From the human T2T-CHM13v2.0 reference genome, Homo sapiens: 64,000 nt of DNA. Location: assembly GCF_009914755.1 (NCBI RefSeq), contig NC_060926.1, one strand, 5' to 3'. The translations under genes were made by a program, and so were the position numbers. Shown here piece by piece: positions 57,238-64,000 of the stretch (position 1 is the first letter of the stretch; every line of letters begins with the position of its first letter). The notes below the pieces were generated by a model. That model did not search any database, had not been told where the DNA came from, and saw only the letters and a list, made by a program, of their open reading frames with translations.

Positions 57238-57589
57238 CGGTCAGCCCTCCATATCCATGGGTTCCATATCCGTGGATTCAACCAACATGGATTGAAATAT
57301 TCCAAAAAAAAAAAAAAAAAACCCATAAATTCCGCAAAGTTCCAAAAAGCATAGCTTGAATTTGCCCTGCACGGAGTCCTGCACTGAATCCACACAAATG
57401 AAGTGAGTTGTAGGCGTTGGGTATTAAAAGGAATCTAGAGGTGATTTAAAGTGTACCGGAGAATGCAGGTAGGTTTCTGCAAATACTGCACCATTTTATA
57501 TCAGGGACTTGAGCATCCACAGATTTGGTGTCTGAGGGGTCCTGGAACCAATCCCCCCCCCCCCCCGCCCAGATACCAAGGGACAACTG
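57238..57589 (-). mobile_element. MER2-like TcMar-Tigger non-autonomous DNA transposon
   Basis: Terminal inverted repeats cggtcagccctccatatc / gataccaagggacaactg; ggaaccaatccccc motif; preceded by TA. Confidence 0.8.
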
Positions 57590-58081
57590 GACATGTTTCT
57601 GTCTTGCTTAGAGAGGGGAAAGCTAGCTAGAGACCAACTCCCTGAAAGCTGGCAAACCGCCTCTGAACACACCTGCAGCTGGCCTGGACGCTGAGAAAGC
57701 ACTCGACTTTTGGGGGACTTAATTACAATATATTGGAGCCCAGAAGGCTCCAAGTGGCCCTTTCTGGTTTCTTAGTAAATAAAGAGAAAGTGAATAGCAT
57801 GGTGACTTACTGAGTCTTAAACATTGCAGGTATTTCATGTACAGTCTCCTCCTGAGTCCTAGAAGAATTTCACTTTAGAAATGACTTTTCTCTCAGAGTT
57901 ACAGTGTAATTCATTTTTCATTCATTGTACATTGAATTGTGTTTCTGAGAAGAGTACTGATGGACACAAAGTGCCTTCTGTCATTTGACATGCTGCTTCC
58001 TTTCTGATGGGCTCTAACTTCAGCTTTTCGGTCTCATTCAGAGTAGAGAAATTAACAGATTTTACTGGCGGGTGTTTTCAG

Positions 58082-58199
58082 ATTAAGAAACTCAAAGGGC
58101 AGCTGGAGGAGAGACAGAAGATTGGCAAACTAGACAATCTTCGATCTGAAGATGATGTCTTGGAAAACGGGACAGACATGCATGTAATGGACCTACAAA
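58082..58199 (+). CDS. LRRFIP1: 118-nt exon IKKLKGQLEERQKIG...DMHVMDLQ(R)
   Basis: gtgttttcag|ATTAAG...TACAAA|gtaaat. Confidence 0.94.
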
Positions 58200-58866
58200 G
58201 TAAATGTCAATTCTTGTGTAGAAGTAAATGCTTTCACATGTGCTGTTTTAGTATACTTGTGCTGGCAGAGAAAACTGTCACGGCAAAGAATGCCCTCATT
58301 CCCTCACATCCCCACAAAAGCCCTTAAAAATAAAAGCACAAGGAGGGGTAGGTAGACAGAACAATGGTGTTTCTCTCTGAGCCTATGAAATAGAACAGGT
58401 ACCCAAAAACGTGCACCAAGATACCACCACATGTTGTGCCGATGGAAACCACATTTACTTTGCTGGATACAGCAATCTTTCGATCTGTTGATTGTATGAA
58501 AAAAAAAAAATGAAAGGCTTTTTTCATGCTAATAAACTAGAAACAGTCTTAAGGGAGATAAAATTATGCCCAGTCTCTCTCCGCCCTTTTCCCTACCCCC
58601 TACCATCTCTTTGTCTTCTTCACTCATAGGCACTCTCTTGCCTGAGGTTTCCTGCCCCAAGCACAGGGGCGGAAGGCACTTTCCCTGGGTTCATGGGGAG
58701 AGAGTGCCTTCTCCTACTCTCAGCTCTGGGAGGTTGTGGAGGCAGGGCCAGAACTAACAGATTTGTGAGATGATTACAAAGTAAGGGCTTGGTTCCCAGT
58801 AACTATTGTTTTAATATTTGAAAAGCCCAAGAGCTTAACAGATTTTCCTTCTCTTTCAACCTTTAG

Positions 58867-58946
58867 GGGATGCCAACAGACAGATCAGCGACCTCAAATT
58901 TAAACTTGCAAAATCTGAGCAAGAGATAACTGCATTAGAACAAAAT
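58867..58946 (+). CDS. LRRFIP1: 80-nt exon (R)DANRQISDLKFKLAKSEQEITALEQN
   Basis: aacctttag|GGGATG...CAAAAT|gtacgt; family motif RDANRQISxxKFKL. Confidence 0.94.
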
Positions 58947-59256
58947 GTACGTGTAAGCAACAACGGGCAGAACTGATGATTGACTGGAGTTTTACTTGCT
59001 AGAAATAGCCCTGAAAGGCTGAGGACCAGAAAAAGCCGAGATTTTTAGAACCAAGAAATGTCCTAAGAGGGATAAGTTAAGACAGCAAGTCTTTCCATCC
59101 GTTTCTTACAGAGCAAGCAGGAAGGAAAGAATTCTTAGAATTTAAGTTGTTACAGTAGATACTAATCCTTTATCAACAACAGTTAGTTGTAGAAAATAGC
59201 TAATGTGGCTTGGGAGTGTTTTAAAATTTTGTTCTTTAAAATTAATTTAGTTAATT

Positions 59257-59567
<311 letters not shown>

Positions 59568-60358
59568 GTAGCTAATTAAAAAAACACATCATACTGGGAC
59601 GTCCCTCTTGCCTGGGCTTTTAGCCTTTCTCTTGCAGCGAGGCCCGCCCTCCCTGGTGTCTAGACATGGGGCACTCCTGCCTCTAGCACCCTGGGCCCTA
59701 GGGCAATTTGTGTTCTAGCCAGAAAGAGAGAAAAAAAACAGGACTGTTTCCCCCTCCATTGTGGGTGTACTTGGCTGGAACTTTTTAGAATGTTTATAGA
59801 AACAAAAATGAGAACAGCACAGGTAGAGACGATGTGTGCTTTTGATTGCGGCAGAGTGAAGGTGTCCAGCAGGCCTTCGCTGCTGCCGTCTTTCATCTCA
59901 GAACCTTGGCTGGGGAATGCCATGCCGAAGCCGCCTCCTTTCACTCCTCGCCCTGTCCTTTCCTCCTCCCACCCCCGCCACCCCAGGAGAGATTAGACTG
60001 GAGCTGAGGTCGTGGCGGAACACGTCCCTTACCAGCACCATTCTGCCTGTTCCAACAGAACAGCCCCACGCAGCGGGAGAAGAAGCAGGCAGCAAGGTGC
60101 CAGCACTGCAGAAACCACCCTGGTGGACGGGGTCAGAGGAAATGGGTCCCCATCATGTCAGCACAGGGTCGCCCAGAAATAGTAACCAAGAATAGCTTGC
60201 TTGGCTCAAACCCACACCATAGTCCAAAATGTTATAAGTATTTACATGGTGTATTCTCCCATTTTATTAAATCACACTCTTTGATCTCAAAGTAAAGAAA
60301 CTGAAGAAAGAAAACAGGCTTATCAATTTATACATATGGTTTTTTTTCTACCTTTTAG

Positions 60359-60463
60359 GTAATAAGGTTAGAGAGTCAAGTATCACGTTACAAATCAGCG
60401 GCTGAAAATGCAGAAAAAATAGAAGATGAACTTAAGGCAGAAAAACGGAAACTCCAAAGAGAG
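60359..60463 (+). CDS. LRRFIP1: 105-nt exon [35 protein letters not shown]
   Basis: ccttttag|GTAATA...AGAGAG|gtaaat. Confidence 0.95.
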
Positions 60464-61006
60464 GTAAATTTCCTAGGCAATTTCTAGGAAGAGAATGGCT
60501 GCCAGTATTTCTCTAGTGGGGACGGTACAGAGAGGATTTACTACTGTGACATCTGCCCCTGGGCTGGTCATTGTCAGATCATCCCACACCACTCTGCAGT
60601 GCCGGTGTCTTAATAAAGGAAGGCATGGCGCAGCCAGTTAGGGCTTAGGGCTAGACCCTTGCTGGCATCAACTAGTTCATCTGTCAGTTTTGAGCATCTC
60701 CTATAGGTCTTGTCCGTAAACGTCAAGAGAATGAGATAAAGGAGTAGCCAGGCCTCTTATGCTCCGAATATTTTTTGTGTCATGCAGAATGAGCCCAGGT
60801 GGAGGACCAGGAGCCCATGGGCCTGCTGTGGCCAAGAGCTGGGTGTGGCACCAGGGCCAGGCCACAGCTGTCTCAGGTCACCCTATGGAGAGTGCCCTTG
60901 AGAAGCCGAGCTGCTGTTACTCCACCTGCTGGTCACACTCCCAAATTACCATGCTTGCCAATTAAAACACATACTTTACCTTACTGAAGACACTTGGCAA
61001 AGTTGT

Positions 61007-61850
<844 letters not shown>

Positions 61851-61877
61851 GGAAAGAATCACTCATTTTATATTTAA

Positions 61878-62264
<387 letters not shown>

Positions 62265-62284
62265 TAACCTTCTAGCCTACTTTT

Positions 62285-64000
62285 GCTATGGTCAGAGAAC
62301 ATGGTCCCTGTTATACCTGGTCTTTGAAATTTGTCAATACTTGCTTAATGGCCTGATACATGATTCACTTTTGTAAATGTCTCCAATGTGGTTAAGAAGA
62401 ATGTGTAGTCTCTGATTTATGGATGCAAAATTCTGTATACTTCCACTGATCAAACTTGTGAAGTGTGCATTCAGATCTGATTTCTTTTGTCTGCTTAAAT
62501 TCTCAGTAGCTGATAGAGATTTGTCAAGCTCTTCCAAAAGATGATGGTGGATTTATCTCATTCTCCCTATTTCTCCTATATATGTTGAGGCTATTGATAC
62601 TAGATGTTTAAAATTCTGATATCTTCTTGATGAGTTAAACCTTTTATCACTTTGTAGTGACCCTTTTGGTCCCTGCTGCTGTTGACCTTGTCGGGTATTC
62701 ACGTGGCCGCATCAGCTTTCTTTTGGTTAGTGTTTGTCCACTTCTGATTTTTGCATCCCTTGGCTTCCAGTCTTCCGTGTGTTGTTATGCGTTAGATGAT
62801 CTCCTTCAGATGCACATAGCTAGGTGGCGGTGGCTCTTAGTTGAATCTGGAATCTGTGGATCTTAATAGAGCCCTTAGTCCATTGTTATTGGTATATTTG
62901 GACTCGTTTTCACCATCTGACTGTGGATAACCATTTGTTCTGTCTTTTGTGTGTCATTTTTCTCTTGCCAAATTTAAATTTTATATTCAATTTCTATTCT
63001 TTTCAGTGATCACACATGGGGTATTTTTATTTAACTTAAAAAAAAATTAAAGTTGAACACTATCTTTACTCCCCTCCTATAAAATAGAAGGACTTTTGAG
63101 CACTTTAGCTTCACCCTCCTGCCTGGCATGCACACCCTCACACATATGTGTATATGTGTATATGTATATGTACACATGTACATCCACACATAAATACTTT
63201 TGAGCTTCATAAATCCCACTTATCAGATAATACTATTGTTGTGTTGTTGTTGCTGTTGTTTTATATTGCCCATGTTTGTTTGACATAACTACATATTGGC
63301 CATTTTATATGTCTGTCCTGCTAGTGTCTCAGACTGTACTAGAATCATTTTCCTCCTCACTGAAGTACATACTGTAGAAATTCTTTTAGAGCAGACTTCT
63401 TGGTGGTGAATTCCCTGTTTTTGTTTGTACATGTTTTCGTTTCATCCTTGTTCTTGGACAGTAGTATTCAGGGACATGCAATTCTGTGTGGTGGTCATTT
63501 TCCTCAATGATTATAGCGATTATGCCACCATCTGCTGGCTTCCATTGAGCTGTTGAGAAAGTTGTTGTTTTAACGGTCGGTCCTTTGTAGGGACCTTTTT
63601 TTTTCTTCTCTAGTTTCTTTCAGGTTCTGTTTGTCTTTGATTTTCTACAGTTTTACTGTTAGATGTAGTTTATTGGAATCTTTCTGCTTGAGATATATAG
63701 TGTTTCTTGGATCTGTGAAGTCTTTTTAAAAATTGATTTTGGAAAATATTCAACCATTAACTCCTTAAATAATTCCTCTTTTTTAGTCTCTCCACTTTCC
63801 CCTCTGGAACTCTAATCAGAGGATGTTAGAGATTCTCATTGTCTCCACATTTTTTAACCATCTCTCTTTCATGTTTTCTATCTCCTTACCTCTCTCTATT
63901 GGATAATGCCTAAAGTTTTTGCAAAGATTTTCCAGTTCACCATTTTTTTTAAAAAGTGTCTTCATTGTTGATAGTTTCTTGCTGCATGTTCATGTATGTC
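62285..64000 (-). mobile_element. Old L1 (L1M-type) fragments, antisense
   Basis: T-rich sequence with L1-typical phrases tggtcagagaacatgg, gaagaatgtgtagtctctg, gctgttgagaaagt, ttttggaaaatattcaaccatta. Confidence 0.65.

Overview
Primate (human-like, Alu-rich) genomic DNA lying entirely within the LRRFIP1 gene (+ strand; also called GCF2/TRIP/FLAP1). The 5' exons and the final exon of the C-terminal coiled-coil isoform lie outside the window. I traced 22 coding exons by GT-AG boundaries and translation, plus two further in-frame cassette candidates. From 259 to 44821 there is an unbroken run of phase-0 exons (18-171 nt), followed by a phase-1 exon at 46064-46205. That exon splices either to a large acidic terminal exon (48603-50140, 3'UTR to about 51915) or to four further coiled-coil exons (55944-60463). 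Introns carry about 20 Alus, THE1/MLT1 LTRs, MER30, MER2, MIR/L2/L1 remnants and a 7x30-bp minisatellite. There is no CRISPR array or prokaryotic system, and nearly all short ORFs in the supplied track are intronic noise. The most interesting signals concern splicing: TGCATG motifs just downstream of many cassette exons, candidate poison exons, a THE1 LTR ending 25 nt from an acceptor, a tandem in-frame donor and inverted Alu pairs. Gene and repeat identities come from my recall of sequences, not from a database search.
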